Source: Thermodesulfobacteriota bacterium
GTDB taxonomy: Bacteria > Desulfobacterota > BSN033 > UBA1163
Assembly (NCBI GenBank): GCA_047519465.1
Contig: JAPVTA010000151.1
Span: 54,534 to 118,533, forward strand
Length of the DNA: 64,000 nt
Reading direction: 5' to 3'
Shown here: positions 27,308 to 36,223 of the stretch, piece by piece
How positions within the stretch are numbered: position 1 is the first letter of the stretch
How the letters are laid out: every line of letters begins with the position of its first letter
Notes under the pieces: model-generated
The model's input: only the letters and a program-made list of their open reading frames with translations
Databases searched by the model: none
Told to the model about the DNA's origin: nothing
Made by a program: the position numbers and the translations under genes

Positions 27308-28170
27308 TATGATGAATGACGTCCCCCACCGCGCCGTCGCCAAAGCGCTGTTGGCGCGTCGGCGACCTTCCCCTCTCTCCCAAGGGGGGAGGGATGGGGC
27401 GAGTGGACTCCCCGGCCTTTAATATATCGTCGATCTTTCTCTGCCATGAGAAAGAGCTTTCTGCCAAGGATGAGATCGCCGGACAACACATGTCTCAGAA
27501 TTTCTCTATTCCTCTCCCTCTGGTTCGAGTTTCTTTCTCTCCTGAAAGCTCGCCATGTCGCTAAATAAACGATAGGATAGAGGGGAGCGAATAGCATCGC
27601 ACGATGGCTGTAACCATGGGTAGTCACCTCCAGAATTCGAAATCCGTTTCGATGAAGGTGAGCTCTCAATTCATAATAGCTGGCCAGATGGATGTGATCC
27701 CCGCCTGCATAATCATCGACCTCGTTGACCGGTCTCCCCGTAAAAAGATCGAAACCCACCAGAAGGTTTGCCATTCTCGATTTCAGATTTAAAATATTCG
27801 GTGTGATGATCAAGAGCTTCCCTCTCTCCTTGAGGATTCGAAAGCATTCTCTGAGGAAGAAAATCGGGTTTTCCAAATGTTCAATGCCGTTGGAACAGAG
27901 GACATAGTCAAAGGTCCCGTCTGATAAGGGTAAGTCGAGGTTGAGATCAGCCTTTTCACACGGGACCTCTTGGACAGAAAAAAGACTGGGGTCGATATCC
28001 ACGGCGACCACATCAAAACCCGCTTCTTTCAATTTCCTGGAGATCATTCCCGGGCCTGCGGCGGCATCCAATATTGTCCCATGATCGCCATAGCGGGTAA
28101 AGAGTTCCATCACTTTATCATGAGGGTGTTGCAGTCCGAAGATTTTAATGATCAATGGCCCAACCTTCAT
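27307..28170 (-). CDS. Class I SAM-dependent methyltransferase whose last ~37 codons are read from a palindromic repeat element
   Basis: Motifs ILDAAAGPGMISRKL, AVDIDP and YVLCSNGIEHL are present. The tail ..GRGVHSPHPSPLGREGKVADAPTALWRRRGGGRHSS is encoded by 27310-27420. Confidence 0.75.
   Translation of the reverse strand: MKVGPLIIKIFGLQHPHDKVMELFTRYGDHGTILDAAAGPGMISRKLKEAGFDVVAVDIDPSLFSVQEVPCEKADLNLDLPLSDGTFDYVLCSNGIEHLENPIFFLRECFRILKERGKLLIITPNILNLKSRMANLLVGFDLFTGRPVNEVDDYAGGDHIHLASYYELRAHLHRNGFRILEVTTHGYSHRAMLFAPLYPIVYLATWRAFRRERNSNQRERNREILRHVLSGDLILGRKLFLMAEKDRRYIKGRGVHSPHPSPLGREGKVADAPTALWRRRGGGRHSS
27339..27405. repeat. GC-rich REP-like element (two adjacent imperfect palindromes)
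   Basis: The first palindrome is cgccgtcgccaaagcgctgttggcgcgtcggcg. The second, ccttcccctctctcccaaggggggagggatgggg, shares the core CCTTCCCCTCTC..CCCA..GGGG..AG..GGA.GGGG with the element at 36142-36189. Confidence 0.65.
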
Positions 28171-29315
28171 CCACTCTTGTTCCCTCTCATAAAAATTCCG
28201 ATTTGCTGGGCGACTTCTTCCATTTCGGGCTCTTCCATTTCGGGGAAAAAAGGAAGAGAGAGAATCTTATGAGACCATTCGTTGGTCAAGGGCAGGTCTC
28301 TTCGCCGATACCCCATTTCTTGGTAAGCCTTCTGAAAAGGAATAGGGATGGGGTAATGGACAAGCGTCTCGACCCCCTTCCTTTTCAAAAATGTTTGGAG
28401 AGCATCCCTCTTCCCCGTTTCAATCGTGTAGAGATGATAGACGTGCCGCATTCCCTTCTTCTCCGAAGGACAGACCACCCCTGAAGGAGAAAGCAACTTT
28501 GTATACAGCTCAGCCTTTCTCCTCCTTGCTTCATTCCACCGATCCAAGTATTTTAACTTGACTCGAAGGATGGCCGCTTGGATTTCATCCAATCGACTGT
28601 TGTGTCCCTTCAGAACATGCTGATACTTGTTCCTCTCTCCGTAACATCGGAGGAGTCTGAGTTTCCGGTCATAGTGTTGATGGTCGGTCACCACCATCCC
28701 GCCGTCCCCGTATCCTCCCAAGTTCTTGGTCGGGTAGAAACTGAAACAACCCATCGCCCCAAATGAACCCACCTTCTTTCGTCCGTATTTTGCGCCGTGG
28801 GCTTGGCAGGCATCTTCGATGACGACGAGATCATAACGATTTGAAATTTCCATGATTGAACCCATATCCGCGGGATGGCCATAAAGGTGGACAGGAACGA
28901 CGGCTCGAATCTTTTGTCCGCTTTTCTTTGTCTCCTCTCGTTTCAAAAGAAGCTCCAGGCCATTGGGATCCATCGTGTAGGTTTTGGGATCAATGTCGAT
29001 GAAGAGGGGCTTCGCCCCCGTAAAGGAGATGGCCAAGGCCGTGGCCACAAAAGAATTTGCCACAGTAACGACTTGATCTCCCTCTCCAATGCCGGCTGCT
29101 TTCAAAGCCAGATAGAGAGCATCCGTCCCGGAACCCACTCCCACCCCATGTCGAACCCCACAATAACGAGAGAATCCCTTCTCAAAGGCAGAGACTTCCT
29201 CTCCCAGAATGAAGCGGCCTTTCTCATACACCCGTTGGGTCGCCGAGAGGATTTCGCTTCTGATCTCCGTATGCTGCCTGGTTAAATCTAAGAAAGGAAC
29301 CAACCTTAACCCCAT
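28167..29315 (-). CDS. DegT-family PLP-dependent sugar aminotransferase (WbpE/GnnB-like)
   Basis: The protein reads PFLDLTRQH.EI..E......RV...G.FILGEEV..FE..F..YCG..H.VGV.SGTDAL.LAL...FSFYPTKNLG. Confidence 0.85.
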   Translation of the reverse strand: MGLRLVPFLDLTRQHTEIRSEILSATQRVYEKGRFILGEEVSAFEKGFSRYCGVRHGVGVGSGTDALYLALKAAGIGEGDQVVTVANSFVATALAISFTGAKPLFIDIDPKTYTMDPNGLELLLKREETKKSGQKIRAVVPVHLYGHPADMGSIMEISNRYDLVVIEDACQAHGAKYGRKKVGSFGAMGCFSFYPTKNLGGYGDGGMVVTDHQHYDRKLRLLRCYGERNKYQHVLKGHNSRLDEIQAAILRVKLKYLDRWNEARRRKAELYTKLLSPSGVVCPSEKKGMRHVYHLYTIETGKRDALQTFLKRKGVETLVHYPIPIPFQKAYQEMGYRRRDLPLTNEWSHKILSLPFFPEMEEPEMEEVAQQIGIFMRGNKSG

Positions 29316-29440
29316 TTCAAATTTTAGATTTCAGTTGCAAGGTCCAAAACGGAGAGATTTCCCTTCTCGGCTCATCGACCCAGATCCTTGAATTTTCTTT
29401 AACTTCCAATTTGCAATTTGAAATCTGCAATTTGCAATAT
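29312..29440. repeat. A/T-rich TTGCAA / GAAATC repeat and inverted-repeat block
   Basis: The segment ccaatttgcaatttgaaatctgcaatttgcaat (29406-29438) contains two copies of CAATTTGCAAT. The segment tagatttcagttgcaa (29325-29340) is the near-complement of ttgcaatttgaaatctg (29411-29427). Confidence 0.75.
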
Positions 29441-29445
29441 CTTTC

Positions 29446-30441
29446 TCACCAATATTCCTTCTTGTATTTCCGATAGAACTCGATGGTTCTTCGAAGCCCT
29501 TCCTCGAGACCCGTCTTCGGCTCCCAACCCACCATGCGTTTAATCTTGGAGATATCGGTATAATAATCTCCGGGTTCGACTTCCTTTCTTTCCTGCGTAA
29601 ATTCAGTAAAGGCCGTCTTGCCGGTTCCGGCAATCTTTACAATCCTGTTTGCCAGGTCGATGAAACTGATGGGCATTCCCGTCCCCACATTAAATACTTC
29701 TCCATAAGCCCGATCGCAGGCGGCCACCTGCAAAAAACCATCCACGAGATCATCCACATACAGAAAATCTCTCAAGATCCGTCCGTCTCCGAAGACAGGA
29801 ATGATTTCGTTATCGATGGCCTTTCGGATGAACCAATTGAGGACACCATATTCGTCATGGGCCATCTGATGCCTTGGCCCATAGGTATTCGTAATCCGAA
29901 GACAGGCGCCCCGAATTTTGTGAACATCGTGATAGACGAGAATCATTTTCTCCGCCGATAAATTGGTCACCGCATAGATCCCCTTGGGATTGGTGGGATG
30001 GTCTTCTCCCACGGGCAAGGTCACACTGGAACCGTATTCTCCCCGAGTTCCGGCAAAAATGAGCTTCGTCTCTGGGTTGAGCTTTCGGCACGATTCGAGG
30101 AGAACCAGTGTTCCTCGACAGTTGATGTCCAGATCCTGAATCGGATTCCGGATACTGTCCACATGGTTCACCTGTCCAGCGAGGTGGAAAATGAATTCCT
30201 GTTCTTTCACTAAATAATCCATGGAATGTCCGTCTCTCACATCGGTGAAATTGATGTGGACGCGATCAGCGATCTCTTTCACGTTGAAGAGGTTTCCTCC
30301 CAGGCGGGGCATCATATTATCCACAATCGTCACCTTTGCCCCTGATGCAATCAAACGAGCCGACAGGTTCGATCCGATAAAACCCAGGCCTCCTGTCACC
30401 AATACCCGCTTCCCTTTGAAGGCACTTTGATCAGGAGTCAT
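29446..30441 (-). CDS. NAD-dependent sugar-nucleotide epimerase/dehydratase (extended SDR)
   Basis: It shows RVLVTGGLGFIGSNL and a Y-x3-K motif in GIYAVTNLSAEK. Confidence 0.8.
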   Translation of the reverse strand: MTPDQSAFKGKRVLVTGGLGFIGSNLSARLIASGAKVTIVDNMMPRLGGNLFNVKEIADRVHINFTDVRDGHSMDYLVKEQEFIFHLAGQVNHVDSIRNPIQDLDINCRGTLVLLESCRKLNPETKLIFAGTRGEYGSSVTLPVGEDHPTNPKGIYAVTNLSAEKMILVYHDVHKIRGACLRITNTYGPRHQMAHDEYGVLNWFIRKAIDNEIIPVFGDGRILRDFLYVDDLVDGFLQVAACDRAYGEVFNVGTGMPISFIDLANRIVKIAGTGKTAFTEFTQERKEVEPGDYYTDISKIKRMVGWEPKTGLEEGLRRTIEFYRKYKKEYW

Positions 30442-31210
30442 TCTTTCTCTCCTTATTCGAAATCTTCAGTTCCCATAGCTTGGCATATTTGATAAAAACA
30501 TAGAACATGGTAGAGACGATGATGATCAGGCCGGGCAAACCGTCCCTAAACCCCGATTTGAGGAGATATTCTTTGATGAATCGAAAGGGAGGATGAAACA
30601 GAAGTTTAGAAAGGCTAAACTTTTCTCCGCTCTCAAACAGATCGGCTGCGGCAATGTCGGAGTATTTATCGATCGTCTGGATCTGGTCGGAAATACCCTG
30701 GTAGGTATAATGGTGATACTGGTTCTTTAAAACCCCCACCTTCCCCTCCACCATCAACTTGGCATGAAGGCCCCCTTCCCATCTGCCCTTGTCCCTTCGA
30801 TAAAGACGGATCTCACCATCTGGATACCATCCGCCGTATCGAATCCATCTTCCCAGGTAGTGAGTGCGCCGATAGACAAAATATCCATCTAAATCCTTTG
30901 CCCTTTTACTCAACTCCGCCTGAATCTCGCCGGCCAGCTCCGGAGGAATTTCTTCATCGGCGTCCACAAACATGATCCAATCCCGAGTCGTGAGATCAGC
31001 GGCATACTGATACTGATCACGATGTCCCGTCCACTTCCTCTGAAATATTTTGTCGGTATATTGTTTGCAGATTTCGTACGTCCCGTCCTGGCTGAAGGAG
31101 TCAACGACCACCAGTTCCTCGGCCCAGGAGAGGCTCTTCAGACATTGTTCAATCGTCCTGCGATTATTGGTGGTGAGGACATAGACAGAAACCGGAGCTT
31201 TTTCGATCAT
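30431..31210 (-). CDS. Family 2 glycosyltransferase (LPS-core WaaE/KdtX-like) with a C-terminal membrane helix
   Basis: The protein reads VSVYVLTTNN..TIE.CL.SL.WA.ELVVVDSFS.DGT...........FVDADEE. It overlaps the heptosyltransferase gene. Confidence 0.7.
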   Translation of the reverse strand: MIEKAPVSVYVLTTNNRRTIEQCLKSLSWAEELVVVDSFSQDGTYEICKQYTDKIFQRKWTGHRDQYQYAADLTTRDWIMFVDADEEIPPELAGEIQAELSKRAKDLDGYFVYRRTHYLGRWIRYGGWYPDGEIRLYRRDKGRWEGGLHAKLMVEGKVGVLKNQYHHYTYQGISDQIQTIDKYSDIAAADLFESGEKFSLSKLLFHPPFRFIKEYLLKSGFRDGLPGLIIIVSTMFYVFIKYAKLWELKISNKERKNDS

Positions 31211-32265
31211 TTCTTCTTGTGTCTCAGTTGCTTATCGACGACTTTTTCTACTTCATCCACTGTGACGAGTTCCATGCATCGATGATCCGTCGGACAAACC
31301 CTCTTCCAGCACGGACTGCAAGGGACACTCTTTCTGACCACCATATGACCTTCTCCCCATGGACCTGTGACGAGAGGGGGCGTTGATCCAAAGAGAGCAA
31401 CGACAGGAGTGCCGACGGCAGTGGCCACGTGCATCGTCCCAGTGTCATTGGTCACAAGGAGAGCACATCGCTCCAGAAGCGCAGCCAGTTGAAGTAAACC
31501 AGTCTTTCCCGTCAAATCGATTCCTTCTGTCCCCAGATGATGTAGAATCTCATCGACGACGGGACGCTCTTCCTCCTTCCCAAAAACAAGAATCTTGGCT
31601 TGCCATTTCTCGACCAGCCTCTCTCCCAATCTCCCGAATCGATCTGGATACCAACATTTGGCTAAACCATACGTCGCACCAGGATTCATGGCAATGATGG
31701 GCTTCCGTTCTGGGATCCCCAGGTCCTTCAACGTTCGATCTGCCCACCTTCGATCTTCTTCTCTGAGAAATATCTGGGGAGAAGGAGGATCGTTTATTCT
31801 TCCCAACGGTTCAAGCAATTTCTGATAATAGTAGACCCTGTGGACACCAAGCACCTCCTGCGTTCGGCGAATGCCATGGGTGAGAAAGAGCGAACGCCCT
31901 TCGCTTCGATAACCAATTCGGAGCGGGATTCGGGCCAAGTAGATATGGAAGGCGGATCGGAAAGACCGTGGGAGAATGACCGCTAGGTCAAAATTCCTCT
32001 CGTTCAAAGATTGGCTGAGGTTCAAATCTTCCCAGATAGACCCGATCCCTCTTTTCTTTTGAAAAGGGATGATCTCATCCACGTATGGAAATGTTTTCCA
32101 CAGATCGACGAGATAGCTTGGGATTAAGATAGCTAAGTGGGATTTTGGAAAAAGGGTCTTTAGTTGCTGAACGGTTGGATAGCTGAGAACAGTATCCCCT
32201 ACCCAGTTTACCCCTCTTACCAAGATACGATTGACTTGACTAAAATTGCGTTTCAAGAGATCCAC
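31207..32265 (-). CDS. waaF: ADP-heptose:LPS heptosyltransferase (GT9), WaaF-like
   Basis: The protein reads ILVRGVNWVGDTVLSYPTVQQLK...TGKT.L..LAALL..C.L.VTNDTG.MH.A.A.G.P.VALFG. Confidence 0.75.
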   Translation of the reverse strand: MDLLKRNFSQVNRILVRGVNWVGDTVLSYPTVQQLKTLFPKSHLAILIPSYLVDLWKTFPYVDEIIPFQKKRGIGSIWEDLNLSQSLNERNFDLAVILPRSFRSAFHIYLARIPLRIGYRSEGRSLFLTHGIRRTQEVLGVHRVYYYQKLLEPLGRINDPPSPQIFLREEDRRWADRTLKDLGIPERKPIIAMNPGATYGLAKCWYPDRFGRLGERLVEKWQAKILVFGKEEERPVVDEILHHLGTEGIDLTGKTGLLQLAALLERCALLVTNDTGTMHVATAVGTPVVALFGSTPPLVTGPWGEGHMVVRKSVPCSPCWKRVCPTDHRCMELVTVDEVEKVVDKQLRHKKK

Positions 32266-32411
32266 TCCTTCCCAAAGGTTATGTCAGTTTCTATGAGGCG
32301 ATTCTGAGCGAGGCTTTACACACTGTCCTAAGGGCTTGATTGGCCTCGCCGAACGGATCAAACACGGAATCCTTGGGGAGATGCCCAGTCCAATAAGTAA
32401 ACAGCCCCTTC

Positions 32412-33161
32412 TCACTGCGGATGAATTCGCCTGGCATAGACGTACCCACCGTTATGGCTCATCCTAACCTGAAAACCCAATTCCCTAAGTCTTAAAGGAA
32501 TATCGATGGAAAATTCTTGCGGAACACGATGCGTCTCCATGGTTATTCCCACTATTTTAGCCGCAGTTTCCAAGCTCATATTCCTTAGGATATCATGTTC
32601 TGCGCCCTCGCAATCTAACTTCAGAAAGTCAATTCGTGGTAAACCCTCTCCCTTGATGATATCCTCGATCGAAACCGTAGGAATACATCCCGTCTTAATA
32701 TTCGTGATTCCCCTTTTGTATAATGAATAATCAGCCGAGGAGCCTCCTTGATAGGTGTAAATATCTTGACATCCACTTCTTCCGGAAACCGCCATTTCGA
32801 AGATAGACATATTCTTCAGGTCGTTTAGTTCCATATTCCCTTTGAGCATTCGATAATTAGTGTGCTCCGGCTCAAAGGCAAGCACCTTCTGAACCATTCG
32901 CGCGGCCATAATAGAGAACGATCCGATGTGGGCTCCCACATCGACAACAATAGAGTCTCTTGTAATCGGAACAAAATCCTTCGTATAGTTTTTCTTAACA
33001 AAATTTGATTTTACGATTCTCAGGTCGTCCGTATTCGGCCGCAGCCTAATTCTTAAACCGCTTCGATGAACCAACTCAATTTCTTTACGCAGAAATCCGT
33101 AACGCCCTGCATAAAGCATATACCAATTCTTGAACGCAACCACATTCTTTAGGAGCGACAT
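32412..33161 (-). CDS. FkbM-family methyltransferase
   Basis: Motifs VVDVGAHIGSFSIMAA..V.KVLAFEPE..N...L..N and LKLDCEGAEHDIL are present. The ATG at 33161 follows AAGGA; the ORF-track start is 33257. Confidence 0.75.
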   Translation of the reverse strand: MSLLKNVVAFKNWYMLYAGRYGFLRKEIELVHRSGLRIRLRPNTDDLRIVKSNFVKKNYTKDFVPITRDSIVVDVGAHIGSFSIMAARMVQKVLAFEPEHTNYRMLKGNMELNDLKNMSIFEMAVSGRSGCQDIYTYQGGSSADYSLYKRGITNIKTGCIPTVSIEDIIKGEGLPRIDFLKLDCEGAEHDILRNMSLETAAKIVGITMETHRVPQEFSIDIPLRLRELGFQVRMSHNGGYVYARRIHPQ

Positions 33162-33291
33162 CCAAGGGTCCTTTTCTTGTCTCTGACGGCTCCTGAGCTT
33201 GGCCGGGACGTACCCTGCAAGCCCCGTCTTCCACCTCTGGCAGGTTGCACGGGTCAAGAGGCATCATATTAAAATGAAACCACCTTGCCGG

Positions 33292-33322
33292 GAAGCCCCG
33301 CCCTGCGTCCAGGGGGGGCTTC
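33292..33322 (-). terminator. GC-rich stem-loop overlapping the stop codon of the upstream heptosyltransferase gene
   Basis: The sequence is gaagccccgccctg-cgtc-cagggggggcttc, which gives 13 of 14 paired positions. No U-tract follows it on the transcribed strand, so terminator function is doubtful. Confidence 0.3.
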
Positions 33323-34382
33323 ATAACGTGCCTAACATCTCTTTCGTTGCGTTAAAAACTTCATCCGCTGAGATAGCCTTTATACAAACAAGTTTTCTGC
33401 AGGAATACTCGTGGCATGGGTTGCACCCCACTTCTTTTCTTACCTTGATGTGACTTCCAATAGGTTCATTCTCAACGGGGTCTGTCGGTCCGTAAATCAC
33501 GACAGCGGGGACTCCCATGAGGGAAGCAATATGCATCGGTCCAGTATCTCCTCCGATATAAAGATCGCAGTTTCGATATACCTCTCCCAACTGCGTTAAA
33601 GATTCGGTTCTTGGCGCCAACAGTGACGGCTCTTTCATCTGTTTTCGAATACCGTCTACCCACTCGAATTCCCCGTCTCCCCAAGTGAAGAGAACGGTCG
33701 CATGGAGTTCCTGAATCAATTGATCCGACAATCGGGCATACTGATCGGGCATCCATCGTTTGAAGAAAGCCTTTCGGCTCGTTCCCGGATGGATGGCGAT
33801 CAAAGGCCTATGAAGGGATGCTGATGATGCCTTAAAGAATGATTCCACATATTCCCGATCTTCCGGGGGGATATGAAGACTATACTTGAGTTCTTTCAGC
33901 CCCAACCCCATCCCCTTCAGCAGTGCAAGATTTCTTTCAAAGCGGCCAACCCTTGCTCTTGGAAGCTTCACCTTCACATTTGAAAACAAGAAATTCCCTT
34001 CCCTGGTTGACCTTCGATCATATCCAATCCTCTTTGGAACCCCTGACAGAAAGGAAAGAACACCGCTCTTCAGAATTCCATGAAAATCGAGAGCTACATC
34101 AAACTTTCGCCTCCGAAGATATTTGACAAATGCCCATATCTCCCCGAGGGTCCCCCATATGCTCCTCAGCGATTTTATCCCCCTGGTCCACCTCTTCCTT
34201 GGAAATAAGATCACTTCGTCAACCTCTGGTTGACTTTCCAGGAGGGCTCGAGAGGGTTCTTCAACAATCCAGGTGATGAAGGAGAAAGGATAATGCTCTT
34301 TTAAGGCTTTCACTACGGGGAGTGTTCGGATAACATCCCCCACCGCACTCAGCCTTAAAATCAAAATTTTTTGGGTTTCCAT
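33321..34382 (-). CDS. GT9 heptosyltransferase-family glycosyltransferase (WaaC/WaaQ-like)
   Basis: The protein reads ILILRLSAVGDVIRTLPVVKALKEHYP...GGDTGPMHIASLMGVPAVVIYGPT. It is the first gene of the minus-strand locus. Confidence 0.8.
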   Translation of the reverse strand: METQKILILRLSAVGDVIRTLPVVKALKEHYPFSFITWIVEEPSRALLESQPEVDEVILFPRKRWTRGIKSLRSIWGTLGEIWAFVKYLRRRKFDVALDFHGILKSGVLSFLSGVPKRIGYDRRSTREGNFLFSNVKVKLPRARVGRFERNLALLKGMGLGLKELKYSLHIPPEDREYVESFFKASSASLHRPLIAIHPGTSRKAFFKRWMPDQYARLSDQLIQELHATVLFTWGDGEFEWVDGIRKQMKEPSLLAPRTESLTQLGEVYRNCDLYIGGDTGPMHIASLMGVPAVVIYGPTDPVENEPIGSHIKVRKEVGCNPCHEYSCRKLVCIKAISADEVFNATKEMLGTL

Positions 34383-34605
34383 TGTTGAAACATTACCCTA
34401 TTACCCGTTAATTTTCAATAGCAAATACGAGAACTTTTCGAAATAACTGTTAAATTTGAAACGAAACTCCACAATCCCCCAGTCGCCCGTCTTCCTCAAC
34501 GACTAGCCTCCCTTGCCTTCTCTCTCCCCACTGCCTACCACAGGCAAGAGGAAATTAGGGGCATGGAAAAAGAATTGCTGCGTCTGTATTAATATTTAGG
34601 AAGAT

Positions 34606-35616
34606 GTGGTAATAAAGAAGAAGTTACCAATGGAAAATACAATTCTTCTCGCAGTGTTTTTAAGTATCTCTTTAATGGCCAAGACTGCCGGCGCAGTAGC
34701 CTCGGAACACGAAGCTCAGTCAATACCTGTCTACGCTGGTTTCGCCCAGATCGACCCAACCAAGAATTACTTTATCCTCGTTGGGGACACACAAACCACA
34801 AGTCACTGGGAGTTCTGGCGGGAAAGGAATGATAGAGAACGAAAGATGATCCTTGATGAAATCACTAAGCGCGAGCCGGCCTTTGTGATCCATCTTGGTG
34901 ACCTTACAACTCGGGGAAGCTCTGAGAAACACTGGCAGGAATTCGATGAGAGGCACAAAGAATTTCGTGAGAAGAAGATCCCCTATTTCCCGATTTTAGG
35001 CAACCACGAGTTTTATGGCAGCAATAACAAGGCACTTCACAACTATTTTGAGCGTTTTCCCCATCTTCATCAAAGGCGGTGGTACAGCTTCACCTGGGGT
35101 AATACCGCAATGGTCATGGTTGATTCCAATTTCTCAACTTTGACGAGGGAACAAATCGAGCAACAAGCCCGGTGGTATCTGGACGAACTTGAAAAATTCG
35201 AAAAGGAAGCGAAAATTGATTTTATTATTGTCTGTTGCCACGAACCGCCTTTTACAAACAGCCGGGTAGTCCGTCCAAACGAGAAGGTCAAAGCTTATTT
35301 TGCTGACCCTTTTCTTCGATTCCAAAAGACCCGCTTATTTTTCAGCGGTCACAGTCATTCGTACGAGCGGTTTCAAATGGACGGCAAGTTCTTCGTTGTT
35401 TCCGGAGGAGGAGGTGGGCCGAGGCATAAGGTTATTGTCGACCCCCGAAAACAACGCTACCAAGACCTCTTTTCTGGCCCTGAACTTCGTCTTCTCCACT
35501 TCTGCGAGATACGAAGAAGAAGTGACGATAACCTTATCTTTAGAGTCCTGTGCCTCGAATTGGATCAAACATTTACAGTAGTTGACTCGTCCACCATTTC
35601 GAAAATAAGAAGATAA
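34606..35616 (+). CDS. Secreted calcineurin-like metallophosphoesterase
   Basis: A signal-peptide-like N-terminus is followed by the motifs LVGDTQ, HLGDL, GNHE, CCHEPPF and GHSHSYE. The start is uncertain, either GTG 34606 or ATG 34630. Confidence 0.75.
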   Translation: MVIKKKLPMENTILLAVFLSISLMAKTAGAVASEHEAQSIPVYAGFAQIDPTKNYFILVGDTQTTSHWEFWRERNDRERKMILDEITKREPAFVIHLGDLTTRGSSEKHWQEFDERHKEFREKKIPYFPILGNHEFYGSNNKALHNYFERFPHLHQRRWYSFTWGNTAMVMVDSNFSTLTREQIEQQARWYLDELEKFEKEAKIDFIIVCCHEPPFTNSRVVRPNEKVKAYFADPFLRFQKTRLFFSGHSHSYERFQMDGKFFVVSGGGGGPRHKVIVDPRKQRYQDLFSGPELRLLHFCEIRRRSDDNLIFRVLCLELDQTFTVVDSSTISKIRR

Positions 35617-35621
35617 GTATA

Positions 35622-36026
35622 TTATCCTGCGAGGCAAACTAAGAATTTTTCAGGCAGGCTTCTCGTTTTACCACTTGTATCTACACAGATGTGTCTGGTT
35701 TCTCCCTCTGCAATCAGTTCTTCCTTCTGACCTCCACGGAGGACCTGATACCCGAAGGTGATCATCCGTCTGTTAGCTTCCTTCAGACGGGTTCGCACAA
35801 CGACTGTTTCATCGTATCGGGCGGAACTTCGATACCGGCAATGAGCGTCGATGACAACAAGCTTATATCCAAAGGCCTCCAAATCGGCATAGCGGAATCC
35901 CCTTTCCCGACAAAATTCAGACCGGCCTACCTCAAACCATACGAGGTAGTTCGCATAGTAAGCGACCCCCATTTGATCCGTCTCTGCATACCTCACTCGG
36001 ATATCGACATCCACCAGGTCTTTCAT
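35622..36026 (-). CDS. 4HBT/YbgC-type acyl-CoA thioesterase
   Basis: The protein reads MKDLVDVDIRVRYAETDQMGVAYYANYLVWFEVGR.EF.R. The ATG at 36026 is used because the ORF-track extension to 36149 runs into the REP element. Confidence 0.8.
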   Translation of the reverse strand: MKDLVDVDIRVRYAETDQMGVAYYANYLVWFEVGRSEFCRERGFRYADLEAFGYKLVVIDAHCRYRSSARYDETVVVRTRLKEANRRMITFGYQVLRGGQKEELIAEGETRHICVDTSGKTRSLPEKFLVCLAG

Positions 36027-36141
36027 GTAAAATTCCTTAACGAATAACTCGAATGACAGCGAATTCACCCAATAAGAACGCGTTGATATTCCACCTTGCT
36101 TTTTGAAAAATTCACCAAGATACCCAGCTTGTAGCCGCTCG

Positions 36142-36189
36142 CCCCTCACCCTTCCCCTCTCCCCACTGGGGAGAGGGAGGGGTGAGGGG
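36142..36189. repeat. GC-rich REP-like palindrome
   Basis: The sequence cccctcacccttcccctctcccc-actg-gggagagggaggggtgagggg has arms of about 20 bp with a few mismatches. It generates the spurious ORF 36103-36381 (..LTLPLSPLGRGRGEG..). Confidence 0.8.
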
Positions 36190-36223
36190 ATTCGTCTTAT
36201 TCGCTGTCGTTCGGTCCATTCGT

